Below are positions 49,541-59,024 of a stretch of DNA of 64,000 bases, one piece after another. A model generated the notes under the pieces. That model was not told the DNA's origin. It worked only from the letters and a program-made list of their open reading frames with translations, and did not search any database. This DNA is from Pseudoxanthomonas sp. (GTDB lineage Bacteria > Pseudomonadota > Gammaproteobacteria > Xanthomonadales > Xanthomonadaceae). The translations under genes were made by a program, and so were the position numbers. The stretch covers positions 2,351 to 66,350 of the forward strand of contig DASVNG010000029.1 in assembly GCA_036383995.1 (NCBI GenBank), written 5' to 3'. Numbering within the stretch: position 1 is the stretch's first letter; the number at the start of each line of letters is the position of its first letter.

Positions 49541-49900
49541 ATGACTACCTTGTTCGGATTGAAAAACTGCGACACCTGCAAAAAAGCGACCAAATGGCTG
49601 GACCGCTTCGGCGTGGCGTATTCGTTCGTCGACTACCGCGACGACAAACGCACCCCGGAAACCCTGCTGGAATGGTCGAAGCAGGCCGGTGGCTGGGACG
49701 CGTTGATCAACAAGTCCTCGACCACGTGGCGGCAGTTGCCCGAGAACCGCAAGGCACCAGGATCCGACGCCGAATGGAAGCTGCTGCTGAGGGAATACCC
49801 GCAGTTGATCCGCCGGCCCGTGGTGGTGACGGACGATGGAACGATGACGCAGGGTTTCAGCGACAACGGATTCAAGCAGCGCTTCGGGATCGGAAAATGA
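49541..49900 (+). CDS. yffB: ArsC/Spx-family protein YffB
   Basis: 119 aa from ATG 49541. [18 protein letters not shown] matches E. coli YffB. The stop overlaps the dapE ATG (ATGA). yffB-dapE synteny as in E. coli. Confidence 0.85.
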   Translation: MTTLFGLKNCDTCKKATKWLDRFGVAYSFVDYRDDKRTPETLLEWSKQAGGWDALINKSSTTWRQLPENRKAPGSDAEWKLLLREYPQLIRRPVVVTDDGTMTQGFSDNGFKQRFGIGK

Positions 49901-51027
49901 GCGATGTCCTTGCGCTGACCAGCGAGTTGATAGCCCGCCGCTCGGTGACGCCGCGCGATGAAGGCTGCCAGGCGCTGATCGCAGAACGACTGCAACGCGC
50001 GGGTTTCGGTTGCGAACGCCTGCGCTACGGCGAAGTGGACAACTTGTGGGCCACGCATGGCAGCGGATCGCCGGTGCTCGTGCTGTTGGGCCACACCGAC
50101 GTGGTGCCGTCCGGGCCGGTCGAGGACTGGGCCAGCGATCCGTTCCAGCCGACTATCCGCGATGGCGTGTTGTACGGGCGCGGCGCCGCCGACATGAAAG
50201 GCAGCGTGGCGGCCTTCGTGATCGCGCTGGAGCAGTTCGCCGCCGCGCACCCCAACCACGAAGGTACGGTCGCGCTGCTGGTCACCTCCGATGAGGAAGG
50301 CGATGCGATCGACGGCGTTCGCCGCGTCGCCGACACCTTCCGCGCGCGTGGCCAGTCCATCGACTGGTGCATTACCGGCGAGCCGTCATCGACCCGCAAG
50401 CTTGGCGATCTTCTGCGCGTCGGCCGGCGCGGCACGCTGTCGGCCACGCTCACCGTCAAGGGCATCCAGGGCCATGTCGCTTATCCGCACAAGGCGCGAA
50501 ATCCGATCCATCAGGCCCTGCCCGCATTGGCCGAACTTGCGGCGCGGCGTTGGGACGAGGGATACGAAACCTTCCCGCCGACCAGCCTGCAGATCTCCAA
50601 CTTCAATGCCGGCACCGGCGCCAACAACGTAATTCCGGGCGAAGCGAAGGTGTTGTTCAACCTGCGCTACAACCCCAACTGGAATGCGGCACAGCTGGAA
50701 GCCGAGATCGGCGCTGTGCTCGACCGGCATGGACTCGAGTACGACGTGCATTGGCATCGCGGTGGCGAGCCGTTCTATACGCCTGAAGGTCGGCTACGTG
50801 CAGTGGCGAGGGAGGTGTTGGGTGAGTTCGCCGGCACGGCTCCCGAGGAAAGTACCGCGGGAGGCACTTCGGACGCGCGGTTCATAGCGCCACTGGGCGC
50901 GCAATGCATCGAGGTCGGTCCGGTGAACGCCAGCATCCACAAGGTGGACGAGAACGTATCGGTCGCCGATCTGGAGGCGTTGCCTGAGCTTTATCGGCGA
51001 CTGATCGAGAGATTGTTGCTGTCGTAA
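49897..51027 (+). CDS. dapE: Succinyl-diaminopimelate desuccinylase
   Basis: 376 aa. [17 protein letters not shown] and SDEEG M20 motifs. Confidence 0.93.
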   Translation: MSDVLALTSELIARRSVTPRDEGCQALIAERLQRAGFGCERLRYGEVDNLWATHGSGSPVLVLLGHTDVVPSGPVEDWASDPFQPTIRDGVLYGRGAADMKGSVAAFVIALEQFAAAHPNHEGTVALLVTSDEEGDAIDGVRRVADTFRARGQSIDWCITGEPSSTRKLGDLLRVGRRGTLSATLTVKGIQGHVAYPHKARNPIHQALPALAELAARRWDEGYETFPPTSLQISNFNAGTGANNVIPGEAKVLFNLRYNPNWNAAQLEAEIGAVLDRHGLEYDVHWHRGGEPFYTPEGRLRAVAREVLGEFAGTAPEESTAGGTSDARFIAPLGAQCIEVGPVNASIHKVDENVSVADLEALPELYRRLIERLLLS

Positions 51028-51034
51028 CCTTTTA

Positions 51035-51257
51035 CCCTTCTCCCATCGGCGCCCGAAGGGTGTGCACGGCTGAGAAGGTGCCCGTAGGGCGGACGCCGCG
51101 TAGCAAGCACCCTTGGGGTGTGAGGGTACGGAGAAGCGATAAAGGTAAAAGAACGTTGTTGGTTCAACGTTCGGCTGCAGCATCATCAGCTCCGCCGCAC
51201 CCTCACCCCAACCCCTCTCAGCCGTGCACACCCTGCGGGCGCCGCTGGGAGAGGGGC
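51035..51257. repeat. MITE-like composite palindromic element, copy 5 (both arms carry a complementary ~22-nt insertion)
   Basis: The left arm is interrupted by cgcccgaagggtgtgcacggct (51050-51071). The right arm is interrupted by agccgtgcacaccctgcgggcg (51220-51241). The two are reverse complements with 1 mismatch. Confidence 0.85.
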
Positions 51258-51427
51258 TAATCAGGGCTTGCCAGCCACCCCTCAAACCGGTTAGTTTCGA
51301 TCCATGCCCAACGCTTCCGCCATCGCCCGCTCCAATTCCAACCGCCGCAATATTGCGCGGACGAATAATCGTGCGCGGCCAATGCGGGTCTGCGACTAGG
51401 CGAACAGGAACAAGCCGAATCAACAGG

Positions 51428-51462
51428 AAACCCGCATCGCGAGATGCGGGTTTTTTCTTTTT
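51428..51462 (+). terminator. Strong rho-independent terminator 36 nt upstream of the asnB ATG
   Basis: aaacccgcatc-gcga-gatgcgggttt followed by tttcttttt. It is ~400 nt downstream of the dapE stop, with no credible CDS in between. Confidence 0.8.
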
Positions 51463-51497
51463 ACGTTCTTCGAATTCACAACCTTAGGAGTTCCACC

Positions 51498-53186
51498 ATG
51501 TGTTCCATCTTCGGTATTTTCGGCCTGCAATCGGGCGACGACCTGCAGGGTCTGCGACGCCAGTCCCTGGAGCTTTCCCAGCGCCAGCGCCATCGCGGCC
51601 CGGACTGGAGCGGCGTATATACCGACGAAGGCGCGATCCTAGTGCACGAACGCCTGGCCATCGTCGACCCGGCCGGCGGTTCGCAACCGTTGCGTTCGGC
51701 CGACGGCGAACTGGCGCTGGCGGTGAACGGCGAGATCTACAACCATCGCGAGCTCAAGAAAGAGTTGAAGCAGCCTTACGAGTTTCTCACTGGTTCGGAT
51801 TGCGAGGTGATCAACGCGCTGTACCGCGAAGACGAGCCCGCTTCGTTGCTCAACCGGCTCAACGGCATCTTCGCCTTCGCGCTGTGGGACAAGGTGCGCA
51901 AGCGCGCGTTGATCGCGCGCGATCCGATGGGCGTGTGCCCGCTGTACTGGGGCCACGACCGCGAAGGACGGCTCTGCGTGGCTTCGGAAATGAAGGCCAT
52001 CAGCGGCCTCTGCGCCGATGTGGCGCAGTTTCCCCCGGGGCACTACTACGACAACGCGACCGGCGAACTGGTCAAGTATTACCAACGTCCCTGGCGCGAC
52101 TACGAGGCGGTCGCCGGCGTCGAAGTGGACAAACAGGAACTGCGCGAAGCGTTCGAACGCGCCGTGCATCGCCAGCTGATGACCGACGTGCCCTACGGCG
52201 TGCTGCTGTCCGGCGGCCTCGATTCGTCGCTGGTCACCGCCGTGGCCGCACGTTACGCGCGCCATCGCATCGAGGAGGACGACAAATCCGAAGCCTGGTG
52301 GCCGCGGCTGCACTCCTTCGCCATCGGTTTGAAGGGTTCTCCCGACCTGGCCGCGGCCGAGGTCGCCGCGAAAGCGCTGGACACCGTGCACCACGGCTTC
52401 GAATACACCTTCGAGGAAGGCCTGGATGCGTTGCCGGAAGTGATCCGTCATATCGAAACCTACGACGTCACCACCATCCGCGCTTCCACGCCCATGTACC
52501 TGCTGGCCCGGCGGATCAAGGCGATGGGGGTGAAGATGGTGCTGTCGGGCGAAGGCTCGGACGAAATATTCGGCGGCTATCTCTATTTCCACAAGGCGCC
52601 GAACGGGCGCGAGTTCCACGAAGAACTGGTGCGCAAACTGGACGCGCTCTACAACTACGACTGCCTGCGGGCCAACAAATCGATGATGGCCTGGGGCGTG
52701 GAGCCACGCGTGCCGTTCCTGGACGTCGAGTTCATGGAAGTGGCGATGAAGATGGACGCCAAGTACAAGATGATCGACAAGGGCTCGAAGGGTCACGAGC
52801 GCATGGAGAAAGGAATCCTGCGGGCGGCGTTCGAAGGCTATCTACCGGATTCGATTCTTTGGCGGCAGAAGGAGCAGTTCAGCGACGGAGTGGGCTATGG
52901 CTGGATCGACGGCTTGAAAGCGCATGCCGAGGCGCAGGTCAGCGATCGCGAACTGGCTGCGGCGGCGAAACGGTTCCCGATCAATTCGCCGCTGACCAAG
53001 GAGGCTTATTACTATCGCAGCCTGTTCGAGGAGTTCTATCCCGGCCCTGCCGCGGCCGAAACGGTGCCGGGCGGCAAGTCGATTGCGTGTTCATCGCCGG
53101 CTGCGATTGCGTGGGATGCGAGTTTCGCTAATGCGGCCGATCCGTCGGGTAGGGCGATTGCCGGGGTGCATAACGCGGCGTTGTGA
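51498..53186 (+). CDS. asnB: Asparagine synthase B (glutamine-hydrolysing)
   Basis: 562 aa. MCSIFGIF Ntn Cys2, SGGLDSS PP-loop. AGGAG at 51486-51490. Confidence 0.94.
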   Translation: MCSIFGIFGLQSGDDLQGLRRQSLELSQRQRHRGPDWSGVYTDEGAILVHERLAIVDPAGGSQPLRSADGELALAVNGEIYNHRELKKELKQPYEFLTGSDCEVINALYREDEPASLLNRLNGIFAFALWDKVRKRALIARDPMGVCPLYWGHDREGRLCVASEMKAISGLCADVAQFPPGHYYDNATGELVKYYQRPWRDYEAVAGVEVDKQELREAFERAVHRQLMTDVPYGVLLSGGLDSSLVTAVAARYARHRIEEDDKSEAWWPRLHSFAIGLKGSPDLAAAEVAAKALDTVHHGFEYTFEEGLDALPEVIRHIETYDVTTIRASTPMYLLARRIKAMGVKMVLSGEGSDEIFGGYLYFHKAPNGREFHEELVRKLDALYNYDCLRANKSMMAWGVEPRVPFLDVEFMEVAMKMDAKYKMIDKGSKGHERMEKGILRAAFEGYLPDSILWRQKEQFSDGVGYGWIDGLKAHAEAQVSDRELAAAAKRFPINSPLTKEAYYYRSLFEEFYPGPAAAETVPGGKSIACSSPAAIAWDASFANAADPSGRAIAGVHNAAL

Positions 53187-53192
53187 TTACTC

Positions 53193-53371
53193 TCCCTTCT
53201 CCCTTCGGGAGAAGGTGCCCGAAGGGAGGACGCCGCGCAGCAAGCACCCTTGGGGTGTGAGGGTATGGGGGGAAGCGAACTGGTGACGAACCGTTTAGCC
53301 TCCACCTCCAGCTGCGACAATTCCGCTCCGCCGTACCCTCACCCCAACCCCTCTCCCGTCGGGAGAGGGGC
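53193..53371. repeat. MITE-like composite palindromic element, copy 6
   Basis: Near-identical to copy 4, including the internal gtgacgaaccgtttagc segment. Fills the convergent asnB/acylase gap. Confidence 0.85.
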
Positions 53372-53373
53372 TT

Positions 53374-55767
53374 CTAAGGCTTCAACGTCAAGGTGTATTC
53401 GGCTTTCCCCGGCAAAAACGGCGTCGGCCTCCCATGCACCCAATCCTCATGCCCCGCACCCCAGAACGGCGACAGCGGATTGCCGCTCTGTCCGCCGGGC
53501 ATGTGGATGATGCCTTCGGCTTCGCGGCCGGGCGAGACCACCATGCGTTCGCTGGCGCCGAACGAAGGACCTTGCACGCGCGGCATGGCGCCGTCGCCGT
53601 TCAATTGATCGGCGGGCATGCACAGCGCGGGCTCCAGTAAGGCGGGCAGGGCATTGGCCAGCGGGTGGCAGATCTTGGCGGTATTGCGCTCGCCCCAGGT
53701 GCGTTGTTCCAGCGGGCCCTGTGCGGAAAGATCGTCGCTGACTTGGCGTGCGGCGTCTTCCAGCAGCGCCTCCCAGCTGGGGAAGCGGCGCGACAGCAGA
53801 TTGGCGGGGCGTTCGGTGAGCAGTGGCCAGACCACGCCCTCCAACTGCGGCAGGTCGGGCATTATGAAATCGTCGCCTAGCGCAACCTGTGCAGGCGCGG
53901 TCAGACCGTCGGCGATGCGCGAATGCACAGCCAGCCGCCACGCACGCACGATGCGGTAACTCACCGAGTCGGTGCTGGCGCGCCCTTCCCAGTGGTTTGC
54001 GGCCTTGGCCAGTGCGGCCAGCGCGGGCGTTTTGTCGCGCTGGCTCTCTTTCTGCAACAACGCCCACCAGCGCTGCAGGAACACGGCGCGGTCGTCCAAC
54101 TGGATCGCCAACAGGTCTTTTTCGCTGAAATGCTCACGTGCGAAAAGATCGTCGCGGATCTGCTTGGCGCGTGCGCCCAGCGCGTAACCGCCGTCGCCGG
54201 CAAGCTTCAATCCTGCGTCGTCCATGGTGCGGTTGTTGGCGGTCCACAGGCGGTTGGAAGGCGGGTCGACCAGGCGCGGGGAGGCCGTAGCGTCCGTCGT
54301 CCACGGAGAGCAGGTAAGCGGCGCGTCGGCATTGGTTGCAGCGACGGGCGTGCCCGGAATGGCGAGGTGTTGTTCCGGCGTTGTCGCCAGGCAGCCGGGG
54401 TCGCGTTTCGGGAATCCGCCGATCACCCGCCAACCGATATTGCCGCTGGAATCGGCCACGGTGAAATTCTGCGCGGGAATCCCGGCAACATCGGCCACGG
54501 CAAAGGCGCCGGCTACATCGCGGGCGACGGCCAGATCGGTGAACGAAACCCGCAGCGACCCCGGCAGCTGCGGCGTCCAGCGCAGCGCCAGTGCGGTGCC
54601 GTTCTTGGACTCGTGCAGGATCGGGCCCCAACCCGTCTCGCGCACCACGAAGTCCACGGGCCCCTCGCCGGCGACCTTGATGCTTTCGTGGAAAACCGTA
54701 CGCTTCACGCAACCCGGCGCTCCGTCCTGGCATGCGGGCAGTTCCGCCCAATCGGCCCAGTCGCCGTAGCTGTTGGTGAAGCCCCAGGCGACATGGCCGT
54801 TGCTGCCGACCACGACCGCTGGAAAACCCGGCAGCGTGAATCCGGAAATATCCACCTTGCCGCCGGGCGCACGGGTGTCGGGATACCGCAGGCGCGCACG
54901 GAACCAGATGTTGGGCGCGCGCAGGCCAAGGTGCATGTCGTCGGCAACGATGGCGCGGCCATCGGCGGTCAATGCCCCGTTGATGGCCCAGTTGTTGCTG
55001 CCCGGCGTGCCTTTTTCGGCCAGCGGAGCCAGGTCCTTGGTCGCCGGCACGGGCAGCTTGGCCAGGTCGACCGCATCGACGCCAGGCAGCACGGCATTCC
55101 CGCGTGGCTCGCCGAACAGCGGTGCGTCCCATTCCGTGCCGTCATGAGCCAGCAGGGCATACAACGCCGGAGGAACCACGTTCTTGATTCGCCATAGCGC
55201 CAGCTCGCGCGTGTTCTGCGAGTCCTGCAGGTCGAAGTACATGGCATAGGCGGTCAGGGCCGAATCGGCCAATTCCCAGCGTCTGGGTTGCTGGCGCAGC
55301 AGCAGGTAGGGCCAGGGCCGCGTACGCAGACCGTCCAGACCGGCGTTGACACCGTCGGTATAGGCCTGCAGCTGAGCGCGCTTGTTGCCGGCGAAGCCGT
55401 CCAGGTCGGCCAACACCCGCGCACGCATGCGATGCACGCGACGTTCCTTGTCCAGGTTTAGTGCGATCGGGCCGAACAGTTCCGAGAGCTCGCCGGCCGA
55501 CGTGCGGCGCATCAGGTCCATCTCGAAGTAGCGCTCCTGCGCGTGCACGTAGCCCAACGCGCGGGCCATGTCGGTCTCATTGGCGGCGTCGATGGTGACC
55601 ACGCCCAGGGCGTCGCGGCTCACGGTGACCGGTGCGGACAGGCCGGGCAGGGCCAGTTCGCCGTCCAGCTTGGGCAGGCTGCCGCGCAGCAGCCACCACC
55701 CTGTTCCGACACCTGCGATCACCAGCAGCAACAACAACAGCGCCAGGCGCCTGATCCACTTGAGCAT
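53374..55767 (-). CDS. Penicillin/AHL-acylase family Ntn hydrolase
   Basis: 797 aa from ATG 55767 (MLKWIRRLALLLLLLVIAGVGTGWWLL anchor). ALGYVHAQERYFEMDLMRR alpha-subunit motif. GSNNWAI, with the beta-subunit N-terminal Ser nucleophile. Confidence 0.85.
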   Translation of the reverse strand: MLKWIRRLALLLLLLVIAGVGTGWWLLRGSLPKLDGELALPGLSAPVTVSRDALGVVTIDAANETDMARALGYVHAQERYFEMDLMRRTSAGELSELFGPIALNLDKERRVHRMRARVLADLDGFAGNKRAQLQAYTDGVNAGLDGLRTRPWPYLLLRQQPRRWELADSALTAYAMYFDLQDSQNTRELALWRIKNVVPPALYALLAHDGTEWDAPLFGEPRGNAVLPGVDAVDLAKLPVPATKDLAPLAEKGTPGSNNWAINGALTADGRAIVADDMHLGLRAPNIWFRARLRYPDTRAPGGKVDISGFTLPGFPAVVVGSNGHVAWGFTNSYGDWADWAELPACQDGAPGCVKRTVFHESIKVAGEGPVDFVVRETGWGPILHESKNGTALALRWTPQLPGSLRVSFTDLAVARDVAGAFAVADVAGIPAQNFTVADSSGNIGWRVIGGFPKRDPGCLATTPEQHLAIPGTPVAATNADAPLTCSPWTTDATASPRLVDPPSNRLWTANNRTMDDAGLKLAGDGGYALGARAKQIRDDLFAREHFSEKDLLAIQLDDRAVFLQRWWALLQKESQRDKTPALAALAKAANHWEGRASTDSVSYRIVRAWRLAVHSRIADGLTAPAQVALGDDFIMPDLPQLEGVVWPLLTERPANLLSRRFPSWEALLEDAARQVSDDLSAQGPLEQRTWGERNTAKICHPLANALPALLEPALCMPADQLNGDGAMPRVQGPSFGASERMVVSPGREAEGIIHMPGGQSGNPLSPFWGAGHEDWVHGRPTPFLPGKAEYTLTLKP

Positions 55768-55909
55768 GGTGGGTTTCCGGTAAGGGGGCGGCGGAGATTT
55801 CCGGCGATTATTCCATGCCGGAGGCGACTGCGGATGCGATTGATTCCGATTGAACCATCGCTTTTCCGGTTGCGGCAAACTCTGCGCCGTCCCCACCCGG
55901 AGCGCGCCC

Positions 55910-56392
55910 GTGAAAGGCCATCCTGAAGTCGTCGAATATCTGAAACAATTGCTGCGCGGCGAACTCTCCGCCCGCGACCAGTACTTCATCCATTCGCGCC
56001 GTTACGAAGACCAGGGCCTGCACGCGCTCTACGAGCGCATCCACCACGAGATGCAGGAAGAGACCGACCACGCCGACGCGCTGCTGCGCCGCATCCTGTT
56101 CCTGGAAGGCGATCCGGACATGTCGCCGACGCCGTTCGTGCCTGGGGTGACGGTAGAGGAAATGCTGCGCAAGGATCTGGATCTGGAGTACGAAGTGCGC
56201 GCCCGCCTGGCCAAGGGCATCGCCTTGTGCGAAACCCATGGCGACTATGTCAGCCGCGCGGTGCTGCTGACCCAGCTGAAAGACACCGAAGAAGACCATG
56301 CGCACTGGCTGGAGCAGCAGTTGGGTCTGATCAAGCGCCTGGGTATCGAGAATTACCTGCTGACCAAACTCGGCGAAGGCAAGCCCGCGTAG
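55910..56392 (+). CDS. bfr: Bacterioferritin-family ferritin (lacks the Met52 heme ligand)
   Basis: 160 aa from GTG 55910, with GGAG upstream. Colinear with E. coli Bfr. Ferroxidase ligands E18, E51 and H54 plus EEDHAHWLE are present; position 52 is Thr. Confidence 0.85.
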   Translation: MKGHPEVVEYLKQLLRGELSARDQYFIHSRRYEDQGLHALYERIHHEMQEETDHADALLRRILFLEGDPDMSPTPFVPGVTVEEMLRKDLDLEYEVRARLAKGIALCETHGDYVSRAVLLTQLKDTEEDHAHWLEQQLGLIKRLGIENYLLTKLGEGKPA

Positions 56393-56486
56393 GTCGGGGC
56401 TACGCCCCCGACATCGCTTTGCTGGTGCATACGCATTGTCGGCTGATGCCGATATTCCGTGCGTCGGGGGCGTAGCCCCGACCTAC
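56389..56486. repeat. GTAG-type REP inverted pair filling the bfr/parC convergent gap
   Basis: gtaggtcggggctacgcccccgac ... gtcgggggcgtagccccgacctac. The bfr TAG stop (56390-56392) is the TAG of the REP GTAG head. Confidence 0.85.
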
Positions 56487-56487
56487 G

Positions 56488-58731
56488 TTATTCGACGGCG
56501 AGGCCGTCTACTTTTTGCCAGCCGCGGGGCAACAGGCCGCCGCGAGAAGCGCGCGCACCCACATACTCATCCAGATCCTTGAACGACAGCGACATAGTGC
56601 GCTGCCCGCTCTTCACCAGCAGCGTGCTGCCGGGCGATACCGCCGCTACGGCGACCACGCGTTCGGTGCCCAATTTGGCTTTCGGTATCTCGATGATCTT
56701 GTTGCCCTTGCCTTTGTCCAACTCGGGCAGGTCGGCCAGCGCGAAGGCCAGCAGGTGTCCGGCGCTGGTGACGGCGACGATGCGGTCGGTTTTCGGATCG
56801 GCCGTGTGCGCCGGCTGCAGCACCTTGGCGCCGGTGGATAGATTCAACATCACCTTGCCGGCCTTCTGGCGGCCGGTCAGGTTCTCGAAGCGGGTGACGA
56901 AGCCGTATCCGTGCGAGGAGGCCAGCACGAAGCGCGCGTCGTTGTCGCCCGTGGCCAAGGCCACGAACGACGCGCCGGAGGCGGGCGAGAAACGGCCCGT
57001 CAGCGGCTCGCCGTTGCCACGCGCCGAAGGCAGCGTATGCGTGGCGGTGGAATAGCTGCGGCCTTCCGAATCCAGGAACGCGACCTGTTGCGTGCTGCGT
57101 CCGCGCACCGCCGCCAACAGCTGATCGCCTTCGCGGTAGGACATGCCGGCGGCATCCACGTCGTGGCCCTTGGCCGCGCGGATCCAGCCTTTCTCCGACA
57201 GCACCACGGTCATCGGCTCGCTGGCGACCAGCTCGGTCTCGTCCAGCGCCTGCGCCGCTTCGCGCGCGATCAGCGGCGAGCGGCGCGCGTCGCCGAATTT
57301 CTTGGCGTCGGCCAGCAGTTCGTCCTTGATCAGTTTCTTCAGCTTGGTCTTGGAGGCGAGCGTGGAGATCAGGCGGTCGCGTTCGGCGTCCAGTTCGTCC
57401 TGTTCGCCGCGGATCTTCATTTCCTCCAAGCGCGCCAGCTGCTTCAGGCGCGTGTCGAGGATGTAGTCGGCCTGTTCCTCGCTCAGCTTGAAGCGTGCGA
57501 TCAGGGCGTCGCGGGGTTCGTCCTCGGTGCGGATGATGCGGATCACTTCATCCAGGTTGAGGAAGGCGACCAGCAAGCCTTCCAACAGGTGCAGGCGGCG
57601 CTCGACCTTTTCCAGGCGATGGTTGAGGCGGCGGGTCACCGTGCTGGTGCGGAACTCCAGCCATTCGCTCAGTAGCGTGCGCAGGTTCTTGACCTGCGGG
57701 CGGCCGTCCAGACCGATGATGTTGAGGTTGACGCGGTAGCTCTTCTCGAGATCGGTGGTGGCGAACAGGTGGCCCATCAACTGCTCGGCATCGACCCGGT
57801 TGGAGCGGGTGATCAGCACCACGCGGACCGGGTTGAGATGGTCGGATTCGTCGCGGATGTCTTCCAGCCACGGCAGTTTCTTGGCGCGCATCTGCGTGGC
57901 GATCTGTTCGATCACCTTGGAAGGCGAGACCTGGTAGGGCAATGCATTGATGACGATGTTCTGACCTTCCTTCTGGAAGGTGGCGCGGGCGCGCACGCTG
58001 CCATTGCCGGTCTCGTAGATGGCGCGCAGATCAGCGACCGGGGTGATGATCTCGGCGCTGGTCGGATAGTCGGGGCCGCGCACGTGTTCGCACAGGTCGG
58101 CGACGGTGGCTTGCGGATCGTCCAACAGGCGGATGCAGGCGCTGACGATCTCATTGAGATTGTGTGGCGGCACGTCGGTGGCCATGCCGACGGCGATGCC
58201 GGTGGTGCCGTTCAACAGCAGGTGCGGCAGGCGCGCCGGCATCCAGGTCGGTTCCTGCAGGGTGCCGTCGAAGTTGGGCGTCCAGTCCACGGTTCCCTGG
58301 CCCAGTTCGCCCAGCAGCACTTCGGCGATGGGGGTCAGCTTGGATTCGGTGTAGCGCATGGCCGCGAACGATTTGGGATCGTCCGGCGAACCGAAGTTGC
58401 CCTGTCCCTCGATCAACGGATAGCGGTAGGAGAACGGCTGGGCCATCAGCACCAGCGCCTCGTAGCACGCGCTGTCGCCGTGCGGGTGGAACTTGCCGAT
58501 CACATCGCCGACGGTGCGCGCGGATTTCTTGGGCTTGGCCGTGGCGTTGAGACCCAGCTCGCTCATGGCGTAGATGATGCGGCGCTGCACAGGCTTCAGG
58601 CCGTCGCCGATGAAGGGCAGGGCGCGGTCCAGGACCACGTACATCGAATAATCGAGGTAGGCGCGTTCGGCGTACTCGCGCAGGGGAATCTGTTCGAAGC
58701 CGTGGAAGGTGGGGCGGATGGTTTCGGTCAT
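56488..58731 (-). CDS. parC: DNA topoisomerase IV subunit A
   Basis: 747 aa from ATG 58731. [49 protein letters not shown] is ParC-type rather than GyrA-type. Confidence 0.93.
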   Translation of the reverse strand: MTETIRPTFHGFEQIPLREYAERAYLDYSMYVVLDRALPFIGDGLKPVQRRIIYAMSELGLNATAKPKKSARTVGDVIGKFHPHGDSACYEALVLMAQPFSYRYPLIEGQGNFGSPDDPKSFAAMRYTESKLTPIAEVLLGELGQGTVDWTPNFDGTLQEPTWMPARLPHLLLNGTTGIAVGMATDVPPHNLNEIVSACIRLLDDPQATVADLCEHVRGPDYPTSAEIITPVADLRAIYETGNGSVRARATFQKEGQNIVINALPYQVSPSKVIEQIATQMRAKKLPWLEDIRDESDHLNPVRVVLITRSNRVDAEQLMGHLFATTDLEKSYRVNLNIIGLDGRPQVKNLRTLLSEWLEFRTSTVTRRLNHRLEKVERRLHLLEGLLVAFLNLDEVIRIIRTEDEPRDALIARFKLSEEQADYILDTRLKQLARLEEMKIRGEQDELDAERDRLISTLASKTKLKKLIKDELLADAKKFGDARRSPLIAREAAQALDETELVASEPMTVVLSEKGWIRAAKGHDVDAAGMSYREGDQLLAAVRGRSTQQVAFLDSEGRSYSTATHTLPSARGNGEPLTGRFSPASGASFVALATGDNDARFVLASSHGYGFVTRFENLTGRQKAGKVMLNLSTGAKVLQPAHTADPKTDRIVAVTSAGHLLAFALADLPELDKGKGNKIIEIPKAKLGTERVVAVAAVSPGSTLLVKSGQRTMSLSFKDLDEYVGARASRGGLLPRGWQKVDGLAVE

Positions 58732-58802
58732 TGCTCGGCGTGCGTTCGGTGAATCGTGAGCTCCGATTCTAACCGTCGCACCGCAATCCAGACCCCCGGA
58801 AA

Positions 58803-58832
58803 GCAAAAACCCCCGCTTGCGCGAGGGTTTTG
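58803..58832 (-). terminator. Terminator downstream of tRNA-Leu
   Basis: On the minus strand: ccctcgc-gcaa-gcggggg followed by tttttgctt. Confidence 0.6.
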
Positions 58833-58841
58833 CTTTTACCT

Positions 58842-58928
58842 TGGTGCCCAGAAGAGGACTCGAACCTCCACGAAGTTGCCCCCGCTAGCACCTGAAGCTA
58901 GTGCGTCTACCAATTCCGCCACCTGGGC
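58842..58928 (-). tRNA. tRNA-Leu (anticodon CAG)
   Basis: 87 nt: gcccaggtggcggaattggtagacgcactagcttcaggtgctagcgggggcaacttcgtggaggttcgagtcctcttctgggcacca. Anticodon loop TTCAGGT, long variable arm, TTCGAGT T-loop, encoded CCA. Confidence 0.92.
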
Positions 58929-59024
58929 AGGTGCAGGGCGCGCATTCTCCGGATTGCGCGGCAGGATGTCAACGCATGATCCGGCGGTCACGGCCCATAT
59001 TCAGGTGGGGTGTACCATGGACCC

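Noticed and set aside
51224-51487. 87-aa plus-strand ORF between the dapE-proximal MITE and asnB.
   Set aside because: It starts inside the MITE arm and reads through the intrinsic terminator hairpin. It has no RBS and poor composition. The region is treated as non-coding.
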